Sequence record: MN895435.1
Length of the DNA stretch: 64,000 nt
Origin: Escherichia phage teqhal
Direction: 5' to 3' (one strand)
Shown here: positions 40,765 to 58,532 of the stretch, piece by piece
Numbering within the stretch: position 1 is the first letter of the stretch
How the letters are laid out: each line of letters starts with the position of its first letter
Program-made: the position numbers and the translations under genes
Notes under the pieces: generated by a model
Databases searched by the model: none
What the model saw: only the letters and a program-made list of their open reading frames with translations
What the model was told of the DNA's origin: nothing

Positions 40765-41574
40765 TTAGAAACGAGATGCGACTTTCGCATATACACTTAC
40801 AATATCTTCTGCACCTTGTGCAGATTTATCTTCTACAGCTTCAGTGACGAAATTCAGTCCGGCTGCTTCAGTATCAGGAGTATTTATACTCTCAGTAATA
40901 GTGCTTTCATCTTTATTAGATTTCTTCACCATTTCTACGATTGCACTCAATTTACTTGAGAATGCATCTGAATAATCCATACCTTCGACCAGAGCAGAGA
41001 CTTTTTCTTTTTGAGACTCAGTCAGATCTTTAGTACTTTCGCTCAATGCCACTTCACGCTGCACATAATTGATATATGCGTCACGCTTATTGAGTTCTTC
41101 GAACAGACGAGCTGATTCTTCTTTATGTTCTTGCAGCTCTTCTTCCATTTCAGCTACAACATCAACTGATTCTTCTGGAACAACAACGTTGTGTTCAACA
41201 AAGAGCTCTTTTAATCCACCAAGCATGGATTCAAACAGTTCGGCTTTGATGCCTTTATCTACTGCTAATTTATTTTCAGTGAGCCATTCTTTTGCAAGAT
41301 GGTCAAGGAATTTAGAAGCTTGCTCAGCGATTTTCTTCTCAGCTTTTTCTTCTGCTTCTTCTTTATTTTTTTCTACTTCTTCTTCTGCTTTTTCAGCAAT
41401 TTTAGCGATATGAGATTCAGCTAATTTAACGGCGTGCTGCTTGACGGTAGCTTCGAATACAGTGCCGAAAGTTTCTTTTGCTTCCGGAGAAATATTAACT
41501 GATTCGAAAATACTATCAAGAGCAACGGAAGCATCAATTTTCTGCGCTTCGGCAATCAGTTGTTCTTTAAGCAT
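40765..41574 (-). CDS. 22: prohead core scaffold protein
   Basis: 269-aa acidic, helical ORF; size and position as T4 gp22. Confidence 0.92.
   Translation of the reverse strand: MLKEQLIAEAQKIDASVALDSIFESVNISPEAKETFGTVFEATVKQHAVKLAESHIAKIAEKAEEEVEKNKEEAEEKAEKKIAEQASKFLDHLAKEWLTENKLAVDKGIKAELFESMLGGLKELFVEHNVVVPEESVDVVAEMEEELQEHKEESARLFEELNKRDAYINYVQREVALSESTKDLTESQKEKVSALVEGMDYSDAFSSKLSAIVEMVKKSNKDESTITESINTPDTEAAGLNFVTEAVEDKSAQGAEDIVSVYAKVASRF
40881..40888 (-). promoter_or_regulatory. late promoter P23 (inside gene 22, ~135 bp upstream of gene 23)
   Basis: Minus strand reads TATAAATACTCCTGATACTGAAG, matching the recalled T4 gene 23 late promoter. Confidence 0.8.
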
Positions 41575-41601
41575 TTTGTAGTCCTGTTGTTTAGATAATA
41601 A

Positions 41602-41609
41602 TATTTATA
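41602..41609 (-). promoter_or_regulatory. late promoter for gene 22
   Basis: TATTTATA on plus strand 28 bp upstream of gene 22 start, overlapping gene 21 stop. Confidence 0.65.
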
Positions 41610-42243
41610 ACGCTTTTTTCATGGCCTCTGCGAGAGCCATATAGGCGTCATCGGCACTTGTATCGGCTTCCGCCGTCTGTGATTCGGTAATTTCCTTAGG
41701 AGTTACCCATGCATCTGGAGCACTTGGACCCCATACTGCATCAACACCTACAGTTAATTTGAATCCTTCGTTTACGATACGATAACCTTTATTTGTGTCA
41801 GTCAATGAACCTAATCCACGAGAAGAAACTCCTGGAATCCATCCGGCACGAATATTAGCTGCTAATTTATCTCCAGGACCATGGTCACCTTCAATAACAC
41901 GAGCTCGTCCGTATACGTCATTTCCTTTCCACCACATATCTTCTATAATGATAGCGGCTTGCATCGGGTCAACATTAGCGCGTGGAGGATGATTTAATTC
42001 TCCGAGAGCTTGTTTAGTTAAAACTTGCTCATTAATATAGTCTTTTACCGCTTTTTCTAATATACGTTTTGGATAAAGACGTTTATTTCTATTGACGACT
42101 TCCGCTTGCATGAATATTCCTTCGATGTATAAACCAGGTTTTAAGCCTAAGTCTTTTCCATCATGAGATTCAAGCATTGGTACGCCATCAATAATTTCGC
42201 CAGGTTGACCCCAAGTTTCAATTAGTAATTGGGGTTCATTCAT
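41605..42243 (-). CDS. 21: prohead core protease
   Basis: 212-aa ORF; size and position as T4 gp21. Confidence 0.92.
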   Translation of the reverse strand: MNEPQLLIETWGQPGEIIDGVPMLESHDGKDLGLKPGLYIEGIFMQAEVVNRNKRLYPKRILEKAVKDYINEQVLTKQALGELNHPPRANVDPMQAAIIIEDMWWKGNDVYGRARVIEGDHGPGDKLAANIRAGWIPGVSSRGLGSLTDTNKGYRIVNEGFKLTVGVDAVWGPSAPDAWVTPKEITESQTAEADTSADDAYMALAEAMKKAL

Positions 42244-42668
42244 TAGCTTAATCCTAATGCTTTACGGCGTTTAAGAGCTTTTTTACGCTTACGCTGAGCA
42301 CGAGATTGACCTGCTGGATTGGCAATCTTCGTTTTGGTAGCTTTACGAGCAATTTGTCTACGTTTTGCTTTAGACAACCCGGTAGTTTGAAATGCATTAC
42401 GTTCGCGGGTTTTGCGATCTTTAGTGCGAGTAATTTCACCACGGGCAGAAACATGTTTAACGATAAATTCATTTAACGGCATATTTTCATTAATAGAAGC
42501 TAATGCAACCGCTAAATCAGTTTCATCATCAAGCATATTCTCGACAATTGTATTTATATCGTCTTTATTTAAAGCAGAAGACAATTCGTCAAAGCGACCC
42601 TGTGCTTCAGGAATAAGTGCTTCGACATTCTCGAGAACTAATTCATGAGTTTCAGGGATCAGAAGCAT
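42243..42668 (-). CDS. 68: prohead core protein
   Basis: 141-aa ORF; position as T4 gp68. Confidence 0.85.
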
Positions 42669-42906
42669 TATTCATCATCCTCGTCTTCGTCAGAGTCTTT
42701 GTCTTTTTTGTCGTCTTTATCATCACTATCTTCGTCTTCGTCATCATCCTCGTCATCAGGTTCTTCACCTTCGATTAAGAAATTACGAGCGATAGCGATT
42801 TTTTCTTCTTTAATTAAATCAGTCGTTCTTGCAGCCATGGCTTCAGCAAATAATTTACGAGCGGCTACGAGGTCGTTTGATTTAATAGCTTCAATTAAAC
42901 CTTCCA

Positions 42907-42907
<1 letters not shown>
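42668..42907 (-). CDS. 67: prohead core protein (acidic)
   Basis: 79-aa ORF with poly-acidic C-terminus ([16 protein letters not shown]...). Confidence 0.85.
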
Positions 42908-44532
<1,625 letters not shown>

Positions 44533-44541
44533 TTAAGCAGG

Positions 44542-44559
44542 ATGGGGATTTCTCCCCAT
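44542..44559 (-). other. hairpin just downstream of the gene 19 stop
   Basis: atgggga-tttc-tccccat. Confidence 0.5.
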
Positions 44560-44564
44560 TCATT

Positions 44565-45056
44565 TTATTCCCAATAATCGAGAGCAAGAGTTACTTCAAA
44601 GGTTTGGATTTCATTGTTTGAATCCCAATCTAATTGAAGTTCACCCACGTTAGTAGGCCACAGACCTTTAATTTCAATTTCTTTTGTTACTGTTTTAGCG
44701 TCACGAGCATATTGACGAACGATAGCGCTCTTTTTATACTCTGCAGGTTTTCCACCAGTAATTTCGTTTCCTTGACCAGCAGCAATGCTTTGCCAATCAA
44801 CGAACTTCTGGCGAGCATCATGTGCCTCATCGTTCATTACTGTAACAGTCCAGTCATCGAATGTACGATCGCCTGCTACGTTAATTTTACGGTTCATAAA
44901 TCCGACTGGAATTTTTTCTACAATACCAGCTGGTAAAGCAGTGGCTTTACATTGGAACGTAAAATTTTGTCCAAGATAAGAAATTTCTACTTGGAATAAG
45001 TTAGGTCGAGCAAAATCACCAGATTCAAACGCTCGTGTTACATCATCTACAAACAT
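44565..45056 (-). CDS. 19: tail tube protein
   Basis: 163-aa ORF; size and position as T4 gp19. Confidence 0.93.
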   Translation of the reverse strand: MFVDDVTRAFESGDFARPNLFQVEISYLGQNFTFQCKATALPAGIVEKIPVGFMNRKINVAGDRTFDDWTVTVMNDEAHDARQKFVDWQSIAAGQGNEITGGKPAEYKKSAIVRQYARDAKTVTKEIEIKGLWPTNVGELQLDWDSNNEIQTFEVTLALDYWE

Positions 45057-45069
45057 ATTAGCCTCTGTA

Positions 45070-45077
45070 GTATTTAT
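45070..45077 (-). promoter_or_regulatory. late promoter motif (proximal) for gene 19
   Basis: TATTTATA on plus strand, only 14 bp from start. Confidence 0.45.
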
Positions 45078-45129
45078 ATCCCTATGTTTAACCTAGGGCA
45101 TATAGAATTAAAGAATTAAGGATATAGTG

Positions 45130-45137
45130 TATTTATA
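45130..45137 (-). promoter_or_regulatory. late promoter (distal) for gene 19
   Basis: TATTTATA on plus strand directly after the gene 18 3' hairpin. Confidence 0.6.
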
Positions 45138-45138
45138 T

Positions 45139-45156
45139 GGCCTGCCGAAACAGGCC
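45139..45156 (-). other. hairpin after gene 18
   Basis: ggcctg-ccgaaa-caggcc. Confidence 0.5.
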
Positions 45157-45172
45157 TTTAGAATGCACCGTA

Positions 45173-47152
45173 TTAACCTGCAAGACCAGTTAACTCATCG
45201 AAGTCTGCACCAGTAGCAGTTGCGACGAAATTCAAAGTAATATAATTTATACTGCGCGCCGGTTGGATGTAGAATGTTGCAACAAACTCATTTCTATCAA
45301 TTACTGACGGAGTGTTATTTGTTGTATCGCAAACTACACGATATTCATAAATTCCACCGAGAGCTTTAATTCCCTGTAAGTACTGGGCAGTTTCTGTGCG
45401 GAATGATGAACGAGTAAACGCGTTGTTTAATTCGAACAAACGATATTTTGAACTACGTCCGATATTCGTTTTCAACATATTAAACAGACGACGAACGTTA
45501 ATACGATCAAACGGAGAAGGAACAGAAGTAGCTGTTTTATCACCATACAATACGTAACCATCACCACCTGTACCAGTTACCGGGTTGATAGCTTCTTGGT
45601 ATAAACGGTCGCGCTGAGCCTGGCGAGTTTCAATAGCAAGTTTAATAACGTTAAGAATCTGGCCACGATTATAACCAGCTGGAGACATCCAAGTCTGAGA
45701 AACGTTATCGGTTCTCGCGCATAAACCAGCAATATCAGCTGCTAATGGAACCCAACGATTCACATCATTATATTTGTCATACTGATATTTGTAGTTACCA
45801 TCAATTGCTGCATAGGTTGAACTGATATTAAAGTTATTATCAGTGTATGAACCTGCCGCAGTTCTCCAGTTAACTAAATTATCTACTGCACGAGTTACAG
45901 GAATTCCAACTACAGTTTCACGTGGTGGTGAGCACAATACTAAGCAATCTTGACGAGCATCCCCAATTGAAACGACGTGTTTTTGGACAGTAGATGCTGT
46001 TTCTAAAGATTCACCGGCACAAGAACCCGCAATAAACAGTTGAACGTCAACAGATTCACGGTCAGCAAAGAAGTCCCAAGCTTCCATCAAATCTCCTGCT
46101 GTTACTTCAGCATTTGATGATAATCCACCAGACAGAGTTAAAATTCCAGAGAATCCTTCTGGCCAGTTTTGCGCAGTTGCAAAAATATATTCTGAGCCAC
46201 CTTTTGCGAAAAAGTCATCGATATAGATGTTACTGTCGTAAATATCTTTTTCACCGCGCTTAGTTGAAAGAACAACACTTTGAACAATAGCATCATTACG
46301 ACGAACTATAATAGCGTACTGTGAATCAGTTTGTGGTCCATATCCAAACACTGCTTTAGCAGTAGATGCACGAGTACCACCACCTGGATAAATTGGGAGT
46401 AATGCAGAAGCTCCTTTTGCATAGTCAGCTTTAGATACAATTTCAATTTCAATTTTATCGCCTAATTCGCCTGGATAAAGAGCTACTACTCCTGGAATTC
46501 CGTATTTTTCGAGATTTGCTTGAAAGTCAACCGCTGTCATAGCAGCTTCAGCATTTTCAATTTCAGCTAATAAAATACCAGAATCAGTAATAATTTTTCC
46601 AAGAGTTATTACTGCGGCTAAACCAGAGGAAGACGAAGAAATTTCTGCAGTCCAGTTAGAACCTAATGTTGGGTATTCACCGACTTCTTTAGCTTTAGCG
46701 ATAATTTTTGCAGTAGGAATATTAATTTTCTTAATTTTTCCATCTGCGTCTACTTCAGTAATTTTACCTTCAGTTTCAATATCATCTGAAACATATTTGA
46801 CCGTGATTTTATCTCCAACTGCATAGTTACTACCTGGGGTAGAAATTGTGTATTCAATATTACCAGCAATCGGAGATGAGTTTTTAGCGGTATCTCTATC
46901 AACAGCACGAACTACTCGTAAGTCATTTCCGTACTGCAAGAAATTCATCGCAGACATAAAATAATCAGCAGTTTCAGCTGTTGGTTGACCAAAAGTATTA
47001 ACTAAATCTACTTCATTTGTAACCTGTTTAATCTGAAAAGCAGGACCCCACTGGAATTTACCGGCCAAAGCTGCTGTACCAGTAGAGTTATTAACCACGG
47101 TGCTTTGAACCGTAGTTTCTTTGAGCTCAATGCCCGGAGATAATAAAGTCAT
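45173..47152 (-). CDS. 18: tail sheath protein
   Basis: 659-aa ORF; size and position as T4 gp18. Confidence 0.95.
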   Translation of the reverse strand: MTLLSPGIELKETTVQSTVVNNSTGTAALAGKFQWGPAFQIKQVTNEVDLVNTFGQPTAETADYFMSAMNFLQYGNDLRVVRAVDRDTAKNSSPIAGNIEYTISTPGSNYAVGDKITVKYVSDDIETEGKITEVDADGKIKKINIPTAKIIAKAKEVGEYPTLGSNWTAEISSSSSGLAAVITLGKIITDSGILLAEIENAEAAMTAVDFQANLEKYGIPGVVALYPGELGDKIEIEIVSKADYAKGASALLPIYPGGGTRASTAKAVFGYGPQTDSQYAIIVRRNDAIVQSVVLSTKRGEKDIYDSNIYIDDFFAKGGSEYIFATAQNWPEGFSGILTLSGGLSSNAEVTAGDLMEAWDFFADRESVDVQLFIAGSCAGESLETASTVQKHVVSIGDARQDCLVLCSPPRETVVGIPVTRAVDNLVNWRTAAGSYTDNNFNISSTYAAIDGNYKYQYDKYNDVNRWVPLAADIAGLCARTDNVSQTWMSPAGYNRGQILNVIKLAIETRQAQRDRLYQEAINPVTGTGGDGYVLYGDKTATSVPSPFDRINVRRLFNMLKTNIGRSSKYRLFELNNAFTRSSFRTETAQYLQGIKALGGIYEYRVVCDTTNNTPSVIDRNEFVATFYIQPARSINYITLNFVATATGADFDELTGLAG

Positions 47153-47180
47153 TTTTAATCCTCTTTAATATGCTTTAATA

Positions 47181-50321
<3,141 letters not shown>

Positions 50322-50362
50322 GATTTCTCCTAATCTGGGCTTTAATTAGTTTATAATATTTA

Positions 50363-52064
<1,702 letters not shown>

Positions 52065-52076
52065 TTAAAATCCTTT

Positions 52077-52092
52077 GGGGCCTTGCGGCCCC
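52077..52092 (-). other. hairpin between wac stop and gene 13 ribosome-binding site
   Basis: ggggcc-ttgc-ggcccc, no U-run. Confidence 0.45.
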
Positions 52093-52095
52093 ATG

Positions 52096-53559
52096 TTATG
52101 CTGGTGATAAAAAGGTAGAAAGTAATACCCATTCGCCGTCTTTACGAACGTAAGCTTGACCATCTTTTGGAGCTTCAGGAATATAACCGGCTTCTTGGAG
52201 AGCTTGAACATCGTCTTGTAAAGAAGATATATTGCCTTTAGCTGTATTCACTTCTTGTGTAACTGATGCAATGTTAGTTTCGTTAGCTTTTATTGAATTG
52301 GTTAATCCGCGTTCTTCAACAGTTGAACCGTTTGGATTAGTTCCATTTACTAAAGTATTTAACGCTACAACTTGCCCTTTAATTCCTGTGCTGTTATTAC
52401 CAATCTCTACTTGTAGGTTTTGAACATCGTTATTCAAGCCTGAAACAGAAGTTTCAATTGTAGAAACTCGGTTTAAAAGAGACCCAGGAGGAGAAGGTTG
52501 TCCACCGCTAGAATCAGTTCCAACAATTTGGTTTAACCACGAAACATTCGCTCTTAAACCAGATGAAGTGTTTTCACCGACGATTCCATTTAAAGATTCG
52601 ATTGAAGTTGTATTATCTTTGATTTGGCCTTTAATACTCGAAGGAATATCATCTGAACCAATAGAAGTTTCAATAACGGTTAAACGCTGTTTAATACCTC
52701 CACTTTGATTTAGCTCTAAATTAATAGATGCAATATTATCAGTGTTTGTATTAACACTCGTAATAATCGAATTATTTCCTGGATATCCTATTGATGTCTT
52801 AATAGCACTAATGTCAGACTCAACTGTTGTCTGTTTAGTGTCAATTTCATTTAAGCGGCTGTAAATGTTTTGTGAAAAAGACGGTGGTTTCGGTCCAAGC
52901 TCTTCGCGAAGATTACCAACTTCAATGGTCAAAGAACCTACATCAGATTCAATAAATTTTGTTTCTAATTCACTTAAACGTATTCCCTGTGAAGTAATGA
53001 CATCAGTATTATTAATAATGCGATGCTTCATTCCACTACTAGGATTTCCTACAACAGGAAGACCATTAATATCTTGACCAGTGTATTGTCCAAGTTCACG
53101 CTTTATCCACAGTAAATCATTTCTGATCGTTCTGTATACAGAGTTGGCCTCGGAGTTAAATGGACCAATATCAGCAAGAATGTTGTCAACTGTACTATTA
53201 GTTCCATTTAATATTTCTGTATGTTCACTGGTTAGCGTTTTGAGGTCAGAAATATCCTTTTTATTGATACTTATTTGTGCTAAAGCTTCTATATCACCAG
53301 ATACATCTAAGATGCCCTGGATGGTTTTAATATCACTATTTGCGGTTTCTAAAGATGTTTTAAGTATTCCAATGTTTTTATCAAGAACTTCAACATTTCT
53401 TAGTACAGAAACTGTAGGTCTATTCATTGAACCTTCGCTTCCATACTGCGTGTCAGCTCCTAATATTTCTTCGCCGTTTTTAATCCAGGAAATGCGGCTC
53501 TGGCCCTCCGCAGGAGGGCCGTCAACGAATGGTAAGTCATTCAGTACAATATCTGTCAT
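52096..53559 (-). CDS. wac: fibritin (whisker) protein
   Basis: 487-aa ORF; C-terminal foldon [27 protein letters not shown]. Confidence 0.95.
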   Translation of the reverse strand: MTDIVLNDLPFVDGPPAEGQSRISWIKNGEEILGADTQYGSEGSMNRPTVSVLRNVEVLDKNIGILKTSLETANSDIKTIQGILDVSGDIEALAQISINKKDISDLKTLTSEHTEILNGTNSTVDNILADIGPFNSEANSVYRTIRNDLLWIKRELGQYTGQDINGLPVVGNPSSGMKHRIINNTDVITSQGIRLSELETKFIESDVGSLTIEVGNLREELGPKPPSFSQNIYSRLNEIDTKQTTVESDISAIKTSIGYPGNNSIITSVNTNTDNIASINLELNQSGGIKQRLTVIETSIGSDDIPSSIKGQIKDNTTSIESLNGIVGENTSSGLRANVSWLNQIVGTDSSGGQPSPPGSLLNRVSTIETSVSGLNNDVQNLQVEIGNNSTGIKGQVVALNTLVNGTNPNGSTVEERGLTNSIKANETNIASVTQEVNTAKGNISSLQDDVQALQEAGYIPEAPKDGQAYVRKDGEWVLLSTFLSPA

Positions 53560-55139
53560 TCTTTTACCTTAATTATGTAGTTTAAAGAAATGTTCCATGG
53601 ACGTGTTTCATTTCCAATTAATTCAGGACGATTTAATGTATATTTGGAATTTCGTTGTGATGCCGGGTCAATTTCGTATCCGTCATTGGTGAAGTATGAA
53701 CGGTTATCCCAGTCAAGTCCTTTACGTGTACCAACAAAATTTGATCTACGGGTATTACCGAATGCTCCAGAATCATCATGCTCACCAAATCCGCCAGCAT
53801 GTTTATGATAAGACATCTGTTGTTTCTGTACTTCACCAACATATCCACCAGTACAACCTACACCTAATCTAGGCTTACCAAACTGGTCATTACCATTAAC
53901 ATTTGGATTTGTTAAGTGAGAGCCACGACCAGAGCCGCGAACAAAAAGACCACGCATATCAGGTAATCCAGGATTTGATGAACTTCCGCCATATCTTGTT
54001 CCAATTCTAGAAGCATATAATGGACAATCTGACGCTGAAACAGTTCCACCGTGGCAAAAACGCCAAGCATCACTAGGAAGACTATCAGCGGCCCACATCA
54101 TAATAGCTCCGACAGGAATAGTTCTATCAATTTCATTTTGTGTTACGACACGCTTACCTTGAATATAACCACCGGTCATGTTAACTGTTCCGGTAATATT
54201 TGCTCCACCTGAAGCTATTGTAAGCGTGTTATTAATGCGGAGTGTTCCATTAATAGTTTGACCGCCTCTTTGATGGATAACGTCAGCATTCCAAGCTAGT
54301 GCTGATGAAGCATCACCTCCACTCTGTGAGCCGGCAGTTGTAGTTAATTTAACTACGCCTCTCATTGACGTTGTAGAACCACGACCATTAAGAGTTGCGC
54401 CAGTAACCGCAACAGAAGCATTATTCGAGTTAACTTCTGATTGTGTTCCTAATTTAATTACGCCTTTATATTCTTCAGTAGCAGATGAATTCATAAACGT
54501 ATAAGGAGAAATTGCATAGCCTTCTCTCAAAGTTCCCTGACGAACCTGCGCTACTGTTGCTAATTGAACAACACCTTGGTCCGATTCAGTAGCTGTGGTT
54601 TCAGAAGGAGCAATTTGCGCAATTAATTTAATAGCTAACTGCTGTGTTTTTAATGGAGTCATTGCAGTAGTATCATCTGCACCAGCTAATGCTTGCGGTA
54701 GAGATGAAATTTTAATAACACCATTCGAGGATTCAGTTGAAACTCGTGTTTCAAACGCATTATTAAGAGCAACAGTAAATTTAGCTGGAGTTATAGAAGA
54801 TTCATTATTAACTCCGGCAATGGCTTCATCATTGGTTGAATATCTTGTTAATCCGTAAACAGTTTCAGTTGCGTTTGGATATGATAATCTTGTTGCCAAC
54901 GTTGCTGGTGTAACTGCTTTGGTATTATTAGTTCCATCTATAACTTCCTGTTCAGTGGCAAGAAATAAAATTCCCTTTGTTGTTGACGATGCATCAGGAA
55001 CTCCATTTACGCCAGCAGGAGAAATGGCTGCTATAGCAGCCTGAACATCAGTAATCTCTTCCGGAAAATTTGTACCAGTTGGATCAAATTTTACATAACG
55101 AGATTCATTAGAAACGTGTTGATATGTATTATTACTCAT
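53556..55139 (-). CDS. 12: short tail fibre
   Basis: 527-aa ORF; position as T4 gp12. Confidence 0.92.
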   Translation of the reverse strand: MSNNTYQHVSNESRYVKFDPTGTNFPEEITDVQAAIAAISPAGVNGVPDASSTTKGILFLATEQEVIDGTNNTKAVTPATLATRLSYPNATETVYGLTRYSTNDEAIAGVNNESSITPAKFTVALNNAFETRVSTESSNGVIKISSLPQALAGADDTTAMTPLKTQQLAIKLIAQIAPSETTATESDQGVVQLATVAQVRQGTLREGYAISPYTFMNSSATEEYKGVIKLGTQSEVNSNNASVAVTGATLNGRGSTTSMRGVVKLTTTAGSQSGGDASSALAWNADVIHQRGGQTINGTLRINNTLTIASGGANITGTVNMTGGYIQGKRVVTQNEIDRTIPVGAIMMWAADSLPSDAWRFCHGGTVSASDCPLYASRIGTRYGGSSSNPGLPDMRGLFVRGSGRGSHLTNPNVNGNDQFGKPRLGVGCTGGYVGEVQKQQMSYHKHAGGFGEHDDSGAFGNTRRSNFVGTRKGLDWDNRSYFTNDGYEIDPASQRNSKYTLNRPELIGNETRPWNISLNYIIKVKE

Positions 55140-55795
55140 GCTGTTCTCTCAAAATGATAAAATACTGTAGGAGTCTGCTGATTATCTAAAGTTACAGTTT
55201 GTGCGCCTAATAAATTCCATGTACCGTAGCCAGGTTTAGACTCAGAAATAATTTCCTGTGAAATAGTTATTCCATATGTAGAATATGTGCTTAATACATG
55301 TTTTTGATTATCTAAATAAGTAACTTCTAATTTACTACCATCTGTTGGATGGTCTTTATATGAGTTAATAGCAGTAAATGACGCAATAGCTTCTTGAAGG
55401 GCAACACGAACTTTTGCAACAAACTCAATTGCCGTCATTCCAGTAGTTGCTGAAACTGGAAGACCAAATACTAATACCGTAACAGGAGAACCCGGAGGAA
55501 GAGAATCGTCTGTTACAGTTCCAGAAAATGCCCAATAATCGGTTTGAGAAACACCCTCAGGAGAAACACCAGTTTTATTAGTAATAATTGTACCAACGTC
55601 TTTTATAGAAAAATTATGAACATCATTAATAGCTGATTCTACGTTTGGTTCATAAAATCCTTTCGCTAATTGAGAAATTGTCACTGACCCAACTGATTGA
55701 CGATTCATTACATCTATATTACCAGCTTTAGGTCTAAAACCAAGAAAATCGGCTAAGCGGGAAATAACTCCCGCTTTATTATTAAGTAAACTCAT
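55136..55795 (-). CDS. 11: baseplate wedge / short tail fibre connector (219 aa from ATG; track ORF starts at TTG)
   Basis: [20 protein letters not shown]...; TAATG overlap with gene 10 stop. Confidence 0.9.
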   Translation of the reverse strand: MSLLNNKAGVISRLADFLGFRPKAGNIDVMNRQSVGSVTISQLAKGFYEPNVESAINDVHNFSIKDVGTIITNKTGVSPEGVSQTDYWAFSGTVTDDSLPPGSPVTVLVFGLPVSATTGMTAIEFVAKVRVALQEAIASFTAINSYKDHPTDGSKLEVTYLDNQKHVLSTYSTYGITISQEIISESKPGYGTWNLLGAQTVTLDNQQTPTVFYHFERTA

Positions 55796-57603
55796 TATGC
55801 AATCCTTATCCAACGATAAACTGTAATATATGGTTGAATGTTAGTTATTGATGTTGGCGGAGTGTGAGTAGAGTTAGTAGATGCTTTAGCTTCACGGTAT
55901 TTAGTGTAAATTGGACCGGATTCATCTGGATCGTATTGACACCCACCAACAATGACTGATCCATTTTCATCAACTATTAGAACTTCTTCATCTGTTTCAG
56001 TTGCAGGAAGATTAGCATTTTCCAATGTAACAGAAGTAGAACCACCTGTTCCACCTGCAGTATGTGAAGGATTTCCACCCGAATCTAAATCGTTGTTATT
56101 TAGAGCAAAGTTAGGGTCCGAAATATCTTCATTCCATCCAACTAAAACTTTTCCTTGCCCAAATAATTTCCATGAGCCGAATCCCATATATGTAACAGGG
56201 TTGTTTGGATTAACAGCGTTTTCATATATAGTTCCAATAGGATAAATCGTATCAAAGATATTTGAAACAGCATTAAATTCGCGTTGATAAGATTGAACTG
56301 CTTCTACATTTGGCCAACCAATTTTATCAAAGTCTGTTAAATTTACATCACCGGAAATATCTACTCCTGGTCCTTGCGATACATAGAGATTATCAGTTTC
56401 ATCAATAATCTCATCTTTCGTTAATAATGTACCCAAATCATTATTAAACCAGGTGATATTGATAATGTCACCATGCTCAAATACTCTATCGAAATGTAAA
56501 ATTTCCGGTATGCCGTTTTCATCAGTTTCAACTGAATAATCGGTATGAGATTGTTCCCAAGTTCCACCTAAAACAGAGCATTCTACTTCATCGTCTGAAT
56601 CGGCACCAACACAATGAAATAATGGCATTCCAACTGTGCCAGCTAATTCCTGCAAAATTCCATTAAAACGAACCTCAAGAGAGTTAGGATTAATAGGTTC
56701 TCCTGGAATTAATCCAAAAGCAGAAAATGGAATTGATTTCATTGTTGATAAATCAGTAACGTAAATGCTTCCTTCTAAAGAAGTTTTTGACGTTAATTTT
56801 GAATCTAACAATCTAATTTGACGTCTTGTATATGAACTTCTCCACTGCGATACACCATCCATAAATGTTTCAATTTGAACAGTGTCACCAATATTACAAG
56901 GCTGTCTTAATCGAATATTAAATCCATCAAGAGGAACTAGTTCTCCTTCATTTTCGCCCGGAGAGCCAAAATCACTGTTTTCGCTAAACACATCGCCATA
57001 ATACAATTCGTTACCACGATGTTTTACTCTGATGTTATTTACATTATAACTGGTTCCACGGAAAACATCTAAAAAGTCTGTTTGTCCTTGGACTTCGACT
57101 AAAAATTCTTTACGAGCTACATTACTAATGTCTGAACTGGTAATTTTGTCAATTTGTTTATTTTTGACATATTCCCAACGTCCTGGGGCACAATACACTA
57201 GTTCTAAATCGCTGAATTGAACATTAATTTCAACTGGTACTGCAGACCCTTTAATCGTATCTCCGGAAGCAGCTACTAGTGTAACTGGGTTGACGTTCCA
57301 TGTAGCAAATACGTCTCTAGCTCTAATTACCTTGTTGTAATCATTAACTGTGCCCTTTGGAAGATTTATAGTCACTCTTCCAGAAGATGTATTAATAGCG
57401 TACGATTTTCCCCATTCTGCTGTTAATGTTTGTCCTGATGAAGCATTATAAGTTTTCCAGGCACCGGCTGAATATGGAACATCACCATCACCGAGTTCAT
57501 AATAAAGCTCATCAAAGTTTTCATTTATTTTTATACCACCTTTACGCAGGTAGTCACCGGTACCATCATCTACAACATTACCGATATTAATATTTTGTTT
57601 CAT
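55795..57603 (-). CDS. 10: baseplate wedge subunit and tail pin
   Basis: 602-aa ORF; position as T4 gp10. Confidence 0.92.
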   Translation of the reverse strand: MKQNINIGNVVDDGTGDYLRKGGIKINENFDELYYELGDGDVPYSAGAWKTYNASSGQTLTAEWGKSYAINTSSGRVTINLPKGTVNDYNKVIRARDVFATWNVNPVTLVAASGDTIKGSAVPVEINVQFSDLELVYCAPGRWEYVKNKQIDKITSSDISNVARKEFLVEVQGQTDFLDVFRGTSYNVNNIRVKHRGNELYYGDVFSENSDFGSPGENEGELVPLDGFNIRLRQPCNIGDTVQIETFMDGVSQWRSSYTRRQIRLLDSKLTSKTSLEGSIYVTDLSTMKSIPFSAFGLIPGEPINPNSLEVRFNGILQELAGTVGMPLFHCVGADSDDEVECSVLGGTWEQSHTDYSVETDENGIPEILHFDRVFEHGDIINITWFNNDLGTLLTKDEIIDETDNLYVSQGPGVDISGDVNLTDFDKIGWPNVEAVQSYQREFNAVSNIFDTIYPIGTIYENAVNPNNPVTYMGFGSWKLFGQGKVLVGWNEDISDPNFALNNNDLDSGGNPSHTAGGTGGSTSVTLENANLPATETDEEVLIVDENGSVIVGGCQYDPDESGPIYTKYREAKASTNSTHTPPTSITNIQPYITVYRWIRIA

Positions 57604-58469
57604 TATTGAGCCACCCCGATTTTCTGCGTAGCGATAACTTTAACTGCTGCTCTCATACCGACAGTTGAAGAACTTATAGTCGCCGTTACGTAATTTTCTT
57701 TAATACTAAATGCAATATTAGCGATTTCGTCTTCTTCGGTTTCATTCCCAACTCGCATGACAGCATATTCAGAAGAAATTACCTCTGAATTGACAGTATC
57801 CACAAGAATATTTATTTCTGCTGTTTTAATTTTTCTTCCATCTACCGATTGGCATGTAACTAGTAATTTAGCCATATTGTATTCAGTGCGATGAAATAGT
57901 GGAATATCAACTGATCCAGATGTAGAAATATTCCATGTACCTTCAGCTGGTGATTCCTTTTGTCCAAACATACTTTCAATAGAATAATTCCAAACCGACG
58001 TAGAATTATCAGATGAAATACAGCGTAAAGTAACTTTACTATATGGGCTAGTTACTACTAAATTACCTGAAACACCTTTAATTGAATCAATAGCTTGAAT
58101 TGTCAAAGGATTAGTAACTGATATTGATCCGTTAGAATTAATGAATTCAACACAATCGCCGAGTTCGCCTCTTTCAATGATAACTTTAACACCTACGGTA
58201 GAGGTATCAATATCATGCCTAGTGCCAACTTTTACTGGAGTTGCATACTCTGCAATAGAGTGTTTTTGATAATATCCAGTAGCATGGATAATTTGACCAT
58301 CTGCTCCGGTGCCATTTGCTACTGCCATTTTACGTTGATCGCCAAACGCATTATAAATTGCGTTAAAATCACTATTAATTTTATTACCACCGTCGAATAA
58401 GATATCACCAGTAGAAGCGTTACCAATTTCGCCGGTATCAATCAATTTCTTTGGTTCTTGAATGAACAT
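57603..58469 (-). CDS. 9: baseplate wedge, long tail fibre socket
   Basis: 288-aa ORF; position as T4 gp9. Confidence 0.92.
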   Translation of the reverse strand: MFIQEPKKLIDTGEIGNASTGDILFDGGNKINSDFNAIYNAFGDQRKMAVANGTGADGQIIHATGYYQKHSIAEYATPVKVGTRHDIDTSTVGVKVIIERGELGDCVEFINSNGSISVTNPLTIQAIDSIKGVSGNLVVTSPYSKVTLRCISSDNSTSVWNYSIESMFGQKESPAEGTWNISTSGSVDIPLFHRTEYNMAKLLVTCQSVDGRKIKTAEINILVDTVNSEVISSEYAVMRVGNETEEDEIANIAFSIKENYVTATISSSTVGMRAAVKVIATQKIGVAQ

Positions 58470-58493
58470 AGCGGTTTCCTTATGAGTTTATAG

Positions 58494-58501
58494 TATTTAT
58501 A
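58494..58501 (-). promoter_or_regulatory. late promoter for gene 9
   Basis: TATTTATA on plus strand 25 bp upstream of start. Confidence 0.7.
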
Positions 58502-58507
58502 AAGAAA

Positions 58508-58529
58508 AAGGGAGCCCATGGGCTCCCTT
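58508..58529 (-). terminator. rho-independent terminator after gene 8
   Basis: Perfect palindrome GGGAGCCCATGGGCTCCC with U-run on minus strand. Confidence 0.75.
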
Positions 58530-58532
58530 AAT

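Noticed and set aside
50322-50362. Possible late promoter upstream of gene 15 (attataaact / taataaatatta on minus strand)
   Set aside because: No exact TATAAATA; best matches are 6/8, so not called.
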